A stretch of 64,000 nucleotides of DNA from Hyphomicrobiales bacterium (GCA_040255365.1 JBDZUY010000010.1:2556-66555); one strand, 5' to 3'; positions 9,739 to 20,550 are shown, counted from the stretch's first letter. Numbers and translations are program-made. Notes: generated from the sequence alone by a model not told the origin.

Positions 9739-11838
9739 TCAACGCAAATGTTTGAAGCGAATTTTTGAGGTGGCACTGCGCCCTTGCGCATCGACCACGG
9801 TGATGCGCGCCACACCTTCGCCGTGCGGCGTATAAAGCGCGGGCGTAAAGCGCGAAAAACTGCCCACCAACGCACCATTGACCAGCCAGGTCAGCGGCCC
9901 GCGCCCGCCATCGGCCTTTAGCTGTATCGCCTTGTCTTTTGCATCCGGCACAGGCAGCGGCAGGGTTGCGCCATCGGGCGGGAACGCAATGGATGGTGGC
10001 GGCACCTGATTTCGTACAGCAATTATCTCGCGCTGATCCTGACGGCGGAACACGCGCAAGCCAGCGGGTAATTGATCCGGCGATTGTGCAATCAATGTGC
10101 CCGGCGGCGGCGGCATGGCGGGCCGCTTGTCCGGGGGCAGAAGCTGAAACGCCTTCAGCAAAATCGGCGCGGCGGTTTCAATACCGACGCGTCCAGACCG
10201 CGGCGCGCCATCGGCCCGGCCAACCCAGACGGCAATCGTGTAATCATTGGAAAAACCCGCCGACCACGCATCGCGATAGCCATAGGACGTGCCGGTCTTG
10301 AAACCGATGGTGCGTTTGCGCGCCAGCCCCTGCCCCATCGCCCAACCGGCGGGCAGCGCAACCCCATCCAGAATCTCGTGCAGATAATAGGCTGCCGTCT
10401 TGCCGAACAGACGATGGCCCGCGCCCGCTGGCGCATCGGTGCGATAGCGTAAAGGTTTTGCGACACCGCCCTCGGCAATACCGGCATACAACATCGCCAC
10501 ATCGCTAAGCGAAATGCCAAGCCCGCCCAGCGCCACAGGCAGGCTGGGCGTATCGTCGCCCGCGGGAAACGACAGATGCGCGCCCGCATTTTGCAGCGCC
10601 ATCGTAAAACGCAACGGCCCCACACGATCCAGTACCATCACAGCGGGAATGTTCAGCGACATGCGCAGCGCATCACGCGCCGACACCGCGCCCTGAAACG
10701 CACCGTCAAAATCTTTTGGTGCGTAATCGCCAAAATTCGTGGCTTCGTCGCTCATCATTGTTGCGGGATGCAAAATCAGATCATCAAACGCCAAACCATA
10801 AATAAATGGTTTCAGCGCCGAACCGGGCGAACGGTCGCGCCGCGCCAGATCGAGCTGACCCGCCGGACCCCAAAAATCTGTCCCGCCCGCATAGGCCAAC
10901 ACATTGCGGGTTTTGTTATCGACGATGACAATGGCCATCGCCTCGCCATCGCCCAGATAAAAGGCTTCGCGCGCTACCATGCGCTGCACCGCTTTTTGCA
11001 AGCCATCGTGAAGCGTGGTGACGATGCGTTTGTCTGTTGTGCCGCGTTTCAAGCGCCCGGCCAGACGCGGCGCATCCAGCGGCATGGCGCGGCGGATGGA
11101 GGGCACGCCTTCACGTTTCGCGGCCACCACATCGCCCGGTGCAATGACGCCTTCTGTGATCATGCGCGCCAACACCTTGTTCCGCCCGGCAGTTGCGCGA
11201 ATGGCATGGCGATCGGGGCGCAGGCTTTCCGGCGATTGCGGCAACGCGACCAAAGTCGCGGCTTCTGACAGATCAAGCGCCGCTGGCTCCTTGCCGAAAT
11301 AGGCGAGGCTGGCAGCGCGCACGCCCTCCAGATTGCCGCCAAAGGGAGCAAGCGTCAGATAGATCGAAAGGATTTCGTTTTTTGAATAACGCTCTTCCAA
11401 TTGCAGGGCGCGCACCATCTGTCCGATTTTGGCAAACACGCCGCGCGTGGAATGCGGGTCGAGCAAACGCGCGGCCTGCATTGTCAGGGTCGATGCACCC
11501 GATACGATGTGCCCCGAAATTGCATATTGAAACGCCGCGCGGCCAACCGCCAGCGGATCGACACCGAAATGTGAATCAAACCGGCGGTCTTCATACGCCT
11601 TGAGCAGCGTGAGATAGCGCGGCGAAACATCGGCCACATTGGTTTTCAGCCGCCAATAACCATCACCGGACAGAAATGGGCGCAGCAATGCGCCATTGCT
11701 TGCCACCACTTCGGGCGAGACATTGTGATAGCGCGAAAGATCGGGCGGGTTGGCGCGATCCGCCGCGAACAACGCCGCCACCAGACCCAGCCCGGCAAAC
11801 GCCGCAACGATCAGCCGTTCACGCGCGCGCTGGCGCAT
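9739..11838 (-). CDS. pbpC: penicillin-binding protein 1C
   Basis: 699 aa. GT51 motifs (EDRRFDSHFGVD, GASTLTMQ, RKxxE-like), transpeptidase SxxK (GSALKPF), and a C-terminal PbpC-specific domain. It sits 9 nt downstream of the alpha-2-macroglobulin gene. Confidence 0.92.
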   Translation of the reverse strand: MRQRARERLIVAAFAGLGLVAALFAADRANPPDLSRYHNVSPEVVASNGALLRPFLSGDGYWRLKTNVADVSPRYLTLLKAYEDRRFDSHFGVDPLAVGRAAFQYAISGHIVSGASTLTMQAARLLDPHSTRGVFAKIGQMVRALQLEERYSKNEILSIYLTLAPFGGNLEGVRAASLAYFGKEPAALDLSEAATLVALPQSPESLRPDRHAIRATAGRNKVLARMITEGVIAPGDVVAAKREGVPSIRRAMPLDAPRLAGRLKRGTTDKRIVTTLHDGLQKAVQRMVAREAFYLGDGEAMAIVIVDNKTRNVLAYAGGTDFWGPAGQLDLARRDRSPGSALKPFIYGLAFDDLILHPATMMSDEATNFGDYAPKDFDGAFQGAVSARDALRMSLNIPAVMVLDRVGPLRFTMALQNAGAHLSFPAGDDTPSLPVALGGLGISLSDVAMLYAGIAEGGVAKPLRYRTDAPAGAGHRLFGKTAAYYLHEILDGVALPAGWAMGQGLARKRTIGFKTGTSYGYRDAWSAGFSNDYTIAVWVGRADGAPRSGRVGIETAAPILLKAFQLLPPDKRPAMPPPPGTLIAQSPDQLPAGLRVFRRQDQREIIAVRNQVPPPSIAFPPDGATLPLPVPDAKDKAIQLKADGGRGPLTWLVNGALVGSFSRFTPALYTPHGEGVARITVVDAQGRSATSKIRFKHLR

Positions 11839-11847
11839 GTGCCATCC

Positions 11848-14800
11848 TCACTCGCCTTGCGCGATGTTCACGCGTTTCATCTCGGTGCGCGCCAGGATGG
11901 CGGGGGCATACATATCTTCCACCACACCGGCCGGCATCACATAAGACCCCGCGGTTGTGGCCCGCACGACATAGGCGATGTGGAAGGACGGCAGAGGCGG
12001 TGGCGGCTTTTTCTCATTGGGGCGCGGATGGTAACGCGAGCCAATGTTGAAGGCGGCGACATAACGGTCATCGCGCGCATCGCTCATTGTCAGAGTGGTG
12101 AGATCACCCAGCCACGGATAAAGCTTGGCATCATCGCCCTGAATCGCGTTTTCAACTTCAAACCCCGCAGGCAACAGATCGAGCACCGCCATCTGGCGAT
12201 AGAGATTGTCGCTCATCTGTCCCGAAATCACGATCACCATGCGGTCGTTCTGTTTCACATTTGCCAGATCGACCGGCTGGCCATCGCGTGTCCAGATTGT
12301 TTTGGTCATACGCAGACCATGCGCCGTGGCCGGTAGCGGTGCTTCCGGTGTGCCCTGCACAGACACCGAGCGCCAGACATTCGCATCGCCCACATTCTTC
12401 AGCGTGATGCCGCCGGTCAGCGCCGCCAGTTTTGGCGCCAGATGCACCGTGCCACCTTTTGCCGCCGCCGGTTTGCCATCCACGGTCACCTTCACCGGAC
12501 CGCGCTCTTTCGACAATTCGTACGCGGCACGCAGGATCCAGGCTTTTTCCTGTGTTGTGGTGGCATTGATACGCATATCCACATCACCAGTGCGCTCCAT
12601 CAGCGCCGGGACAAGTTGCGGATTGCCCGCTTCAATGGTCAGCGCCGTGGTGCCGGCCAAGTCACGCACCAGCGAACCGTAATCATCCGTCGAATAGGTC
12701 GCGGGCGCCGCCGCCAATGCAATCTGTTTGGCGCGGGTGAAGCCATAATTCGCGCGCGAACGATCCCCGGCCAATGCCGCCGCCGCGCCGGTTAGTGCGC
12801 CGGAAATGGCGGTGTTCCATTCGGCACCGCGCGTATCGCTGAAATAACGCAGATCAGACAGGTTCACCTGCCCCGCACGGCTGAGCACATAAAACGCATA
12901 GGCGCGCGTTGCATCATCATAGGATGAGGACGCCGCAATCTGTGCCAGCCAGTTTCCGCCGCGCTTCAAACCCTCGTTTGGCACGACATAGTTTTTCGCT
13001 TTTGCCTGATAGAGAAAATCGAGCGCAAACACACTGACCCAGGGCTCGGCTGTACTGCCCGGCCCCCACATGCCGAAATCACCGCTGTAATTTTGCATGT
13101 CGAGCACGCTATCGACCGCGTTTTGAACACGCGCATGCAGTTTTTCGTTCTGCTCCAGACCGGCAAGTTTGGCCATGTCGTTGAAATACAATAGCGGCAT
13201 GGCCGCGCTGGCGGTCTGTTCCAGACAGCCATAGGGATATTTGTCGAGCCAGCGCAAAAGCCCCGGCACGTCATTATAGCCGTGGCTCGATGAAACATTC
13301 AGCGCGGTCACGACGGTGGACGGCACCAGCCCCGCCACCAGCGCCGCACCTGCGGTGTAGCTTTGGCCCGGGCCAAGCACGGCTGTGGATTCACGCGCGA
13401 CATCCAATTGCGGTGCACGCACCTCGATCGGCCATGCGCGCGTAACACTGAACCCCTTTGGTCCGGTGAGTTTCAGCCGGATGGTCGCGATGCCCAATCC
13501 CTTGCCAGATAGCGCGACGGGAACCAGCACACGCTGACCCAGCTTCAAGTCGCGCGTCACAATTGTTTGCGCCGCGCCGCCTTCCAGCCCGACGGGACCT
13601 GCGCTTGTGACGGTGGCGGTATATTGGCCCGGCGCACCTTCGACATTGTTGATGTTCAACGCTGCGTTGGACGTGTCGCCCGGTGCCAAAAAGCGCGGCA
13701 GCACAATATCGGCCACCACGGCATCGCGCACCGTCAGTGCGCGCTCGGCGCGGCCAATCTTTTTGTCCGTCACCGCGACAGCCATCAGCCGCAGCTCGCC
13801 ATTAAAATCGGGAATATCGAGCGGAACATTCGCCTTGCCATCCGCGCCCACTTTTACAAGACCGGAGAACAACGCAACAGTGCGTGTCGGCACCACCGAA
13901 AGCGGGCGGCCAGCAAAACCATCGCCGCCTTCGCGCAAACTGCCGATGGGCGCTTTTTCCGGTTTGATGAGACGGCCGTAATCATCATGCATGCCGACGC
14001 CAAGGCGGCGCTTGCCAAAATAATACTTCACCGGATCGGGTGTTTTGTAATCGGTGAGTTGCAGAATGCCTTCGTCCACTGCGGCCAAGGTCAGATAGGC
14101 CTGCTCGCCATTGCCCAAACCGTTCAAAGTGACGGGGATGTTGATGCGCTGACGCGGGCGCACTTTGTCTGGCCCGCCAATCACCGGCGTGATGGTGCGC
14201 GGAGAATTGTCGATCCCCAGCCAGGCAACGCCAATGGCGCGCACGGGCTCGCGCCCCGTCGCCTGATTCAACGGGCGGTAATCGGTGACCAGCACATAGG
14301 CACCCGGCCCCCAATCCGCATCCACCGTGATATCGACACTGGTGCCGTCCTTTGGCGCGTCGATCAGTTGCGAGGAGAACACCTTGTCGCCTGCCACGAC
14401 GACAAGCGCGCGGCCATCCGCTGCCGGTTTTATGGAGATATGGGCCGTGTCGCCCGGTGCATAGGCCGGTTTATCCGCGGCAACGGGAATACGATCCGGC
14501 CGGTCGCCCGACGCGCTGGCCGCCCAGCCCGAATAAAAGCGGTAAGACGCCGCGGCACCGGATTTGGGATCGTTCACCGTCAAACGGTACGTGCCCCAGG
14601 GCATGGATTGCGAAAGTTTGGCCGGGTTGCCGGTTCCAATATCCAACGCGCCACTGCTTATCAGCCGGTCACGCGTCGTGGATTGATATTTCCAGCTGCC
14701 GTTTTCCTGATACCACTGATAATCCGTGACCTCACGCACCCAGGTATAGGTCAGGCCAGACAGCGCGACGCGCTTACCATCATTGTTCAGTGCGATGACC

Positions 14801-16746
14801 TCAAACCCGGCCTTGGCATTTTGCGGCACAGCACCGCCATCAAATTCCGGGCGGATGCCGATATTCAGCGCTGTGGTGTGCAGCGGAATGTCGATGGATT
14901 TCCCGGTCGTGCGCCCGCCGGGTTCATGGATGGCAACCTTCACCGTCATTTTCAGCGGCAGGGTTGTTTCCGCCACATCGCCGACATTGCCGGTAATATC
15001 GGTCACGCCCGCCGCATCCGTTGGTGGCACAACCAGATTCATTTGCGTATCAGAAAAGGCATCGTCCATCCGCCCGAACTGATATTGCGCATATTTCGGA
15101 AAGGGATTGGGGTCAGCCGTGATGCGCGCATCCGCCTCGCCCGTCAGGCCGGACGCCGGTGCACCGTACAAAAAGCGCGCGGTCGCCTTGATGTTGATAT
15201 CGGCATTGGGTGACAGCGACTTTTGCTGTGCATCAAGTGTGACCTTCAGCTTTTGCGGTACAAAATCGGCGACATCGAATTGCACGCGGCCAACCGGCTT
15301 GGCCTTTGGGTCGATATAGGCGGCGATCTGCCAGCGGCCATGCGGCGCAGTCGCATTCAGCGAAACATCCCACACCGCTGTGCCCGCAGCGAGGGAAGCG
15401 CCGGTCACGGTCGTGCGCGCAACCTCCATGCCATCGGGTCGTGTGGCGATCAGAGTCAGTGGCGCAGTAACCGCAGCACCCACCCGGTCGCGCAGCAAAG
15501 CCGAGGCATGCACGGTTTCGCCGGGGCGATAGACCCCGCGCTCGGTATAAAGGAACGCATCAATCGGCCCCGGTGCGGAACGCCCGCCAACGCCGCGATC
15601 CGTCAGATCGAAAGCAGGCCGGCGCAAATCCAGAAAACTGAAATCGCCATCTTCGGTATAGGCCATCACCGCGACAGGCTCGTCCCCGCCAGTTGCATTG
15701 AACAGATTGCCGTCAAAATCGGCGCGGCCATCGGAATCGGTGGTCTGTTTGGACAACACATTGTTGTTGCGCGCCACCAGCTTGACCGTCACCGCCTTGA
15801 TCGGTTTGGCGCTGGCATAGGAACGCGTAAAGACGGTAAGGCCGTCCGCGCCCTGAAACGCGGTAATCGCCGTATCGGAATCGATTACCCATTGGGCCGC
15901 GAACTGGGTGCTGTAATCATCGTCGCTGACCTTGTCGTTTGCATCATGCGCGATCAGCACATAGGCACCTGGTTTGCGGCCCTTCAGGACATTGGCGATG
16001 GGGATCAGCGTGACAACAGACTGGTTCTTGATATTGGCAACGTCCATTGCGCCGGACCACACCACAGCGCCCTGATTTTTTTCGAGCTGTTCCTCGTCCC
16101 ATTTATAAAGCGTCGTCTGATCGACAACGCCGCTTTCGATCTGTGACAGCAGCCGGTCGCCGACGCGCACGATTTTCAGTTTCAGCCGGTCGATATTGAC
16201 GGTGGTAACCGGCACGCCATCGGTATTGTCGCGCGGCAGGATGATGCCACTGGAAAACCGCACCAAAGCCGGCTTGTCGCGCAGCTCAACCGGCACGGTT
16301 TCTTCGGCGGCGAGTTTTTCACCGCTCGCAGCAGGCAATCCCTTTTTCAGGGTAACCGTGTAGGTCTTGTTGAAATCCAGCCCGGCAATGCAAAGCCGCT
16401 GATCCAGCGGACGAACGACGATGCGCGTTTCAGGGTCAATCGTCAGATAATCTTCGTAATGGGTGGAGGCCGCCGTTTCGAGCTTGCGGGTGAACACCAG
16501 ACAGGCCTGCGGCTGTGCTTTAGAGGTGTCGATTTCCAGCCTGCGGAAAGCAAATTCTGGCGCTTCGGCCATTTGTTGCGGGGTCTGGCTGCCCGCCACA
16601 CGCGAAATGCCACTCTGCATCCGGGCAAACACGCCTTGCCCTGGCGGAGTGTTTGTGCCGCCGCCCATCACATAGAGGGCAACACCGACAATGAGGAGAA
16701 CGGCGGCGACAGCGCCTCCAATCAGAAACAGCCGTTGACGCGTCAT
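11848..16746 (-). CDS. yfhM: bacterial alpha-2-macroglobulin (YfhM/ECAM type, thioester-containing)
   Basis: 1632 aa. Thioester motif YGCLEQT with CLEQ at aa 1174-1177, which I verified on the DNA at 13216..13227. N-terminal hydrophobic anchor MTRQRLFLIGGAVAAVLLIVGVALYV. Strong SD (GGGGAGGA) upstream. Confidence 0.93.
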   Translation of the reverse strand: MTRQRLFLIGGAVAAVLLIVGVALYVMGGGTNTPPGQGVFARMQSGISRVAGSQTPQQMAEAPEFAFRRLEIDTSKAQPQACLVFTRKLETAASTHYEDYLTIDPETRIVVRPLDQRLCIAGLDFNKTYTVTLKKGLPAASGEKLAAEETVPVELRDKPALVRFSSGIILPRDNTDGVPVTTVNIDRLKLKIVRVGDRLLSQIESGVVDQTTLYKWDEEQLEKNQGAVVWSGAMDVANIKNQSVVTLIPIANVLKGRKPGAYVLIAHDANDKVSDDDYSTQFAAQWVIDSDTAITAFQGADGLTVFTRSYASAKPIKAVTVKLVARNNNVLSKQTTDSDGRADFDGNLFNATGGDEPVAVMAYTEDGDFSFLDLRRPAFDLTDRGVGGRSAPGPIDAFLYTERGVYRPGETVHASALLRDRVGAAVTAPLTLIATRPDGMEVARTTVTGASLAAGTAVWDVSLNATAPHGRWQIAAYIDPKAKPVGRVQFDVADFVPQKLKVTLDAQQKSLSPNADINIKATARFLYGAPASGLTGEADARITADPNPFPKYAQYQFGRMDDAFSDTQMNLVVPPTDAAGVTDITGNVGDVAETTLPLKMTVKVAIHEPGGRTTGKSIDIPLHTTALNIGIRPEFDGGAVPQNAKAGFEVIALNNDGKRVALSGLTYTWVREVTDYQWYQENGSWKYQSTTRDRLISSGALDIGTGNPAKLSQSMPWGTYRLTVNDPKSGAAASYRFYSGWAASASGDRPDRIPVAADKPAYAPGDTAHISIKPAADGRALVVVAGDKVFSSQLIDAPKDGTSVDITVDADWGPGAYVLVTDYRPLNQATGREPVRAIGVAWLGIDNSPRTITPVIGGPDKVRPRQRINIPVTLNGLGNGEQAYLTLAAVDEGILQLTDYKTPDPVKYYFGKRRLGVGMHDDYGRLIKPEKAPIGSLREGGDGFAGRPLSVVPTRTVALFSGLVKVGADGKANVPLDIPDFNGELRLMAVAVTDKKIGRAERALTVRDAVVADIVLPRFLAPGDTSNAALNINNVEGAPGQYTATVTSAGPVGLEGGAAQTIVTRDLKLGQRVLVPVALSGKGLGIATIRLKLTGPKGFSVTRAWPIEVRAPQLDVARESTAVLGPGQSYTAGAALVAGLVPSTVVTALNVSSSHGYNDVPGLLRWLDKYPYGCLEQTASAAMPLLYFNDMAKLAGLEQNEKLHARVQNAVDSVLDMQNYSGDFGMWGPGSTAEPWVSVFALDFLYQAKAKNYVVPNEGLKRGGNWLAQIAASSSYDDATRAYAFYVLSRAGQVNLSDLRYFSDTRGAEWNTAISGALTGAAAALAGDRSRANYGFTRAKQIALAAAPATYSTDDYGSLVRDLAGTTALTIEAGNPQLVPALMERTGDVDMRINATTTQEKAWILRAAYELSKERGPVKVTVDGKPAAAKGGTVHLAPKLAALTGGITLKNVGDANVWRSVSVQGTPEAPLPATAHGLRMTKTIWTRDGQPVDLANVKQNDRMVIVISGQMSDNLYRQMAVLDLLPAGFEVENAIQGDDAKLYPWLGDLTTLTMSDARDDRYVAAFNIGSRYHPRPNEKKPPPPLPSFHIAYVVRATTAGSYVMPAGVVEDMYAPAILARTEMKRVNIAQGE

Positions 16747-16872
16747 TCAGTCCTCCCCGCGTGCCGAATATGAGCACCGGGGGCAACCCTAGCGTTGCGC
16801 TGGCATCACGGCAATTCGCATTAACAACGATTGATGCAAATCATGGCCGCAGAATGACGCGTGGGCAGAGAT

Positions 16873-17469
16873 TTATTCCGCCTGAGCGGCGAACTCGGAG
16901 GTGCCAGCTTCGGCACGCGCGCGGATGGCGCGGCGAACCGCCAGCCGGATCGCGAGATACTGGATCACGAACAGGCCAAACTGGGCACTGATCGGCACCA
17001 CACCGGCAAACCAGGCCCAGGCCTTTGGTCCCATCGTTAGAGCAACAGCCAGATTGGCGGCCGCCAGCACGAACATTAGCCCGGCCCAGACATAGCCCCA
17101 GATAATTGTGACCGAAGAGCCGAGATTATCCGTCACAATGGGTGGCAGATAGCGGCCCATCCAGTTGGATTTCAGCATCACGCAGCCGATAGCGAACATC
17201 GCGATACTGGGTTTGAGCATCACAAAGCGTGGATCGTGCAGCAGAAGCGTGGCCGAACCCAACACAATGACCAGCACCAGACTGGCCCATTGCATTGTGC
17301 CCACCGATTTGCCGCGCCATTTCATGAACGCGATCTGCACAATGCCCGCGGCGATACCCAGTGCCGTTGCCAGATAGATATCGCCGGTGATGGCATAAAG
17401 CGCGACGAAGAGAATGGTGGACAGAAAATCCACCGCCAGCGGTTTGAAGGCTTGCAGGAAATTCAGCAT
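16873..17469 (-). CDS. YciB/IspZ-like inner-membrane (septation protein A family) protein
   Basis: 198 aa with 5-6 TM helices. N-terminal layout (F.P...F..T..F...Y...GDIY.AT) resembles E. coli YciB. The assignment is by architecture only. Confidence 0.55.
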   Translation of the reverse strand: MLNFLQAFKPLAVDFLSTILFVALYAITGDIYLATALGIAAGIVQIAFMKWRGKSVGTMQWASLVLVIVLGSATLLLHDPRFVMLKPSIAMFAIGCVMLKSNWMGRYLPPIVTDNLGSSVTIIWGYVWAGLMFVLAAANLAVALTMGPKAWAWFAGVVPISAQFGLFVIQYLAIRLAVRRAIRARAEAGTSEFAAQAE

Positions 17470-17484
17470 CGCGCAGGCGCCCTT

Positions 17485-18888
17485 TTATCGTGCGTTGACC
17501 CAATTGCCATGAAAGCCGAACGGCACACGGCGCGGCAGCGCAGCGGTGGCAATAGGGCCCTTGGAAATGTCGGACGCGTCAAACACCACGAAATCATTGC
17601 GGTCCTCTGTGCCGCGATAAACCGTGGCCACCATCCAGCCATCGCCTTCCGGCGCGCCCGCTGAGCGCGGCACAAATACCGGCTCGCCGGTCACATCGCC
17701 GGGCGCGAAAGTATGCATCTGTTTCTTGCCGGTCTTGTGATCAATGAAGCCGATCGAATCAAACACCACCTTGCCATCATCCTTGGTGGACGCGGCGAAA
17801 TAGCCATAGCGATAGGGCAATCCGGCGCGGCGTTCATCAAACCGCGGGAATTCGCCCGGCGAATCGTCGATTTGCGTGCGTTTTATGGTGCCGGTTTTAC
17901 CGGAGAGATCAAACTCCCAGCGCGTCAGCTTTGCCGAAGACGGCGTGCCCGGCGAACCATCCACATTGGGAAATAGCGGCGCGGTTTCATACTGCATCAC
18001 ATCAGCATAAATCTTGTCACCGTCTTCCCACATGTTCATGGGGTGAAAGACATAGCAGGGATCGGTCGTGAACCATTTGATTGTGTCCACGCCCGCATCA
18101 CGGCGCATCACGCCAATGTGGCTGCCCTTTTGCGGTTCCCACGCGAAGGGTGGCTTGCCGTTCATCGCGCGGTCCAGACTGCCGGTCAGCGGCAGCACCG
18201 GGAACAGCGCGTAATTCTTTGTCACAAAGAAATCATGGATCATCGAAGCAAACGGCGCCTTGAACATATCAAGCCGCGTGGTCTTGCCAGTTTTATCGGC
18301 TATGCCAAAACCGATCTGGTCTGAAAAGAACCCATCGCCCGCCATATACCCAAAGAACACCATCTCGCCGGTTTCGGGGTCCATCTTGGGATGCGCGGTA
18401 AAGCGTTTGGCCTTGCCCGCGTAATCGCGATAGCCGCGCGAATCGAGCGTTTTGGGGTCCAGTTCGAACGGCTGGTGGCCCTCTTCCAGCGCCAGCAATT
18501 TGCCCGCATGAAACACGATGTTGGTGTTGGCAACGCCGCTGTCCTGCCCCATCACGCTTTGATCGGTGGTCATCGGATTGCCGAAGGTGCCGAACAGCGC
18601 CTTGCCCGCCTTGTTCTCCAATTCCCATTTGGGCGTCTTCACATAGCGGTTCTTGTAGGAGACCTTGCCATCCGCAACCGTAAAGGCATGGATCATGCCG
18701 TCGCCGGCAAACCAATGATAATTGGCATCGCGCGGTTCAAACTGCGGGTTGGGGCCATTGCGATAAAACGTGCCGTTCAGCCCCTTTGGCATTTCGCCGG
18801 TCACGGGCAGGTTCTCGAAATCATTTTCTTCACGAACCGGCGCGAAATTGCCGGTGAGATACGGGCTGATCTTTGCAGGTGCGTTCAT
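17485..18888 (-). CDS. carotenoid oxygenase family dioxygenase (apocarotenoid/stilbene-cleaving type)
   Basis: 467 aa. N-terminus FAPVREENDFENLPVTGEMPKGLNGTFYRNGPNPQF. Spaced His-containing motifs (HWFAGDGMIHAF, TAHPKMDP, MIHDFFVT, VFHPMN, FGFHGNW) are typical of the RPE65/CCO family. Confidence 0.88.
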   Translation of the reverse strand: MNAPAKISPYLTGNFAPVREENDFENLPVTGEMPKGLNGTFYRNGPNPQFEPRDANYHWFAGDGMIHAFTVADGKVSYKNRYVKTPKWELENKAGKALFGTFGNPMTTDQSVMGQDSGVANTNIVFHAGKLLALEEGHQPFELDPKTLDSRGYRDYAGKAKRFTAHPKMDPETGEMVFFGYMAGDGFFSDQIGFGIADKTGKTTRLDMFKAPFASMIHDFFVTKNYALFPVLPLTGSLDRAMNGKPPFAWEPQKGSHIGVMRRDAGVDTIKWFTTDPCYVFHPMNMWEDGDKIYADVMQYETAPLFPNVDGSPGTPSSAKLTRWEFDLSGKTGTIKRTQIDDSPGEFPRFDERRAGLPYRYGYFAASTKDDGKVVFDSIGFIDHKTGKKQMHTFAPGDVTGEPVFVPRSAGAPEGDGWMVATVYRGTEDRNDFVVFDASDISKGPIATAALPRRVPFGFHGNWVNAR

Positions 18889-19003
18889 TGGGGCCTCCCG
18901 GGCGGGCTCTGTTGGTGGCGCGTCAAAATATACGTTGTAAATTTATAATGTAAGCGTTAGACCTTTTCAAGGCCCCTAACCTGCAAAGATTCGCATAAGA
19001 GCC

Positions 19004-19609
19004 ATGCCCCGTACGCTTACCGCCGAAGAAATTGAAGATTTCCGCGACCGCCTGACGGATGCCGCCACCAGGCTGTTTGCCGAAAAGGGCCGCGATGCGG
19101 TTTCGATGCGTGAATTGGCGGGCGAACTGGGCGTCAGCCCGATGACCCCCTATCGCTATTTCAAGGACAAGGACGAAATTCTGGCCGCGGTCTGCATTCG
19201 CGCGTTCGACCGGTTTTCCGATGCGCTGGAGACTGCCCGCGCAAACGCCACAGGCAGCGCGATGGAACGCTCCAGCGCAGTCGGCAACGCCTATATCGCC
19301 TTCGCCTTTGCAAACCCGCATGCCTACCGGCTGATGTTCGATATGGCATGGGGCCAGGAACACAAATATCCGGACGTTAAACGTGCCACTGACCGCGCGC
19401 GCAAAACCATGACCGCGCATCTGACCCCACTGATCAAACAGGGCGTGCTGATTGGTGATCCACAGTTGATCGGCCATGCGTATTGGGCCCTGCTTCACGG
19501 TGCGATTGAACTCAAGCTCGCAGGCAAGCTGACAGCAGAGCAGGATTTCGACGCGATCATCACCGATGCCCTGACGGCGCTGACGCGCGGATATTCCCCA
19601 AAAGATTGA
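19004..19609 (+). CDS. TetR/AcrR family transcriptional regulator
   Basis: 201 aa with an N-terminal HTH (FAEKGRDAVSMRELAGELGVSPMTPYRYFKDKDEIL). Divergent from the oxygenase gene. Confidence 0.9.
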   Translation: MPRTLTAEEIEDFRDRLTDAATRLFAEKGRDAVSMRELAGELGVSPMTPYRYFKDKDEILAAVCIRAFDRFSDALETARANATGSAMERSSAVGNAYIAFAFANPHAYRLMFDMAWGQEHKYPDVKRATDRARKTMTAHLTPLIKQGVLIGDPQLIGHAYWALLHGAIELKLAGKLTAEQDFDAIITDALTALTRGYSPKD

Positions 19610-19743
19610 AGCCTGGCCGGAGCGTTCTGTCCCTGTCGCTACGGAACCCTTGAAAATCGCGACTCGCGCAAGGCCACAGTAGCGTTTGCCCCACCCGGCT
19701 CGCTAACATGGCCGCAAACATATCCGCAGCGGAGAAACGATCC

Positions 19744-20550
19744 ATGAGTGACAGAATCCAGGTTGAGATGAAAAGCGGCGTTGCGGATGTGCGCTTGGTA
19801 CGCACCGACAAGATGAATGCGCTCGACGATGCGATGTTTTCCGCGCTGATCGAGACGGGGGAACGCCTCGCACAAGACAAATCGGTTCGCGCAGTTGTTT
19901 TGTCGGGCGAAGGCCGCGCGTTTTGCGCGGGTCTCGACATGGGCAATTTTGCCAAGATGGCATCTGGCGAACGCAAGGGCGGCACAGACAATGTCGTCAA
20001 CACATCGCGCACGAAAGCGGGCGCCAATCGCGCACAGCAGGCGGTCTATGTCTGGCGCGAGATGCCAGTGCCGGTGATTGCGGCGGTGCATGGCGTGGCC
20101 TTTGGCGGCGGCTTTCAGCTGACACTGGGCGCGGATATGCGGTTCGTGACAGCGGACGTGAAACTCTCAGTTCTGGAAATCAAATGGGGTCTGATCCCCG
20201 ATATGGCCGGGCTTGTTTTGCTGCGCCAGCTGATACGCGACGATGTTGCGCGCGAGCTGACCTATTCGGGGCGTGTGTTCACTGGCGAGGAGGCACTCAA
20301 ACTCGGTCTGGCCACGCGCGTCTGCGCTGATCCGCGCGCCGAAGCACTGGCCTTCGCTGCCGATATTGCTGCAAAAAACCCGCACGCCATCCGCGCTGGC
20401 AAACGCCTGTTCAATTTGGCCGCCGAGGCTGACGCCAAAACCGTTTTCAAAGCAGAAACCGATGAACAGGTCGCCCTGATAGGCTCGAAAAACCAGATCG
20501 AAGCCATCATGGCGAATATGGAAAAGCGCGCACCCAATTTCACCGATTGA
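19744..20550 (+). CDS. enoyl-CoA hydratase/isomerase (crotonase) family protein
   Basis: Crotonase motifs are present: RTDKMNALD, VVLSGEGRAFCAGLD, IAAVHGVAFGGGFQL. The ATG at 19744 has a GGAGA 9 nt upstream. The track ORF starts at ATG 19708. Confidence 0.88.
   Translation: MSDRIQVEMKSGVADVRLVRTDKMNALDDAMFSALIETGERLAQDKSVRAVVLSGEGRAFCAGLDMGNFAKMASGERKGGTDNVVNTSRTKAGANRAQQAVYVWREMPVPVIAAVHGVAFGGGFQLTLGADMRFVTADVKLSVLEIKWGLIPDMAGLVLLRQLIRDDVARELTYSGRVFTGEEALKLGLATRVCADPRAEALAFAADIAAKNPHAIRAGKRLFNLAAEADAKTVFKAETDEQVALIGSKNQIEAIMANMEKRAPNFTD

Noticed and set aside
13567-15213. A 548-aa plus-strand ORF, and many other long ORFs such as 18-701, 5587-6666, 29303-30352, 51765-52622, 55171-56118, 58024-59043 and 59427-60773.
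   Set aside because: All lie antisense to, or out of frame within, genes with unambiguous family motifs. Their translations are Arg/Ala/Gly/His-rich with no motifs, the usual shadow ORFs of ~60% GC DNA.
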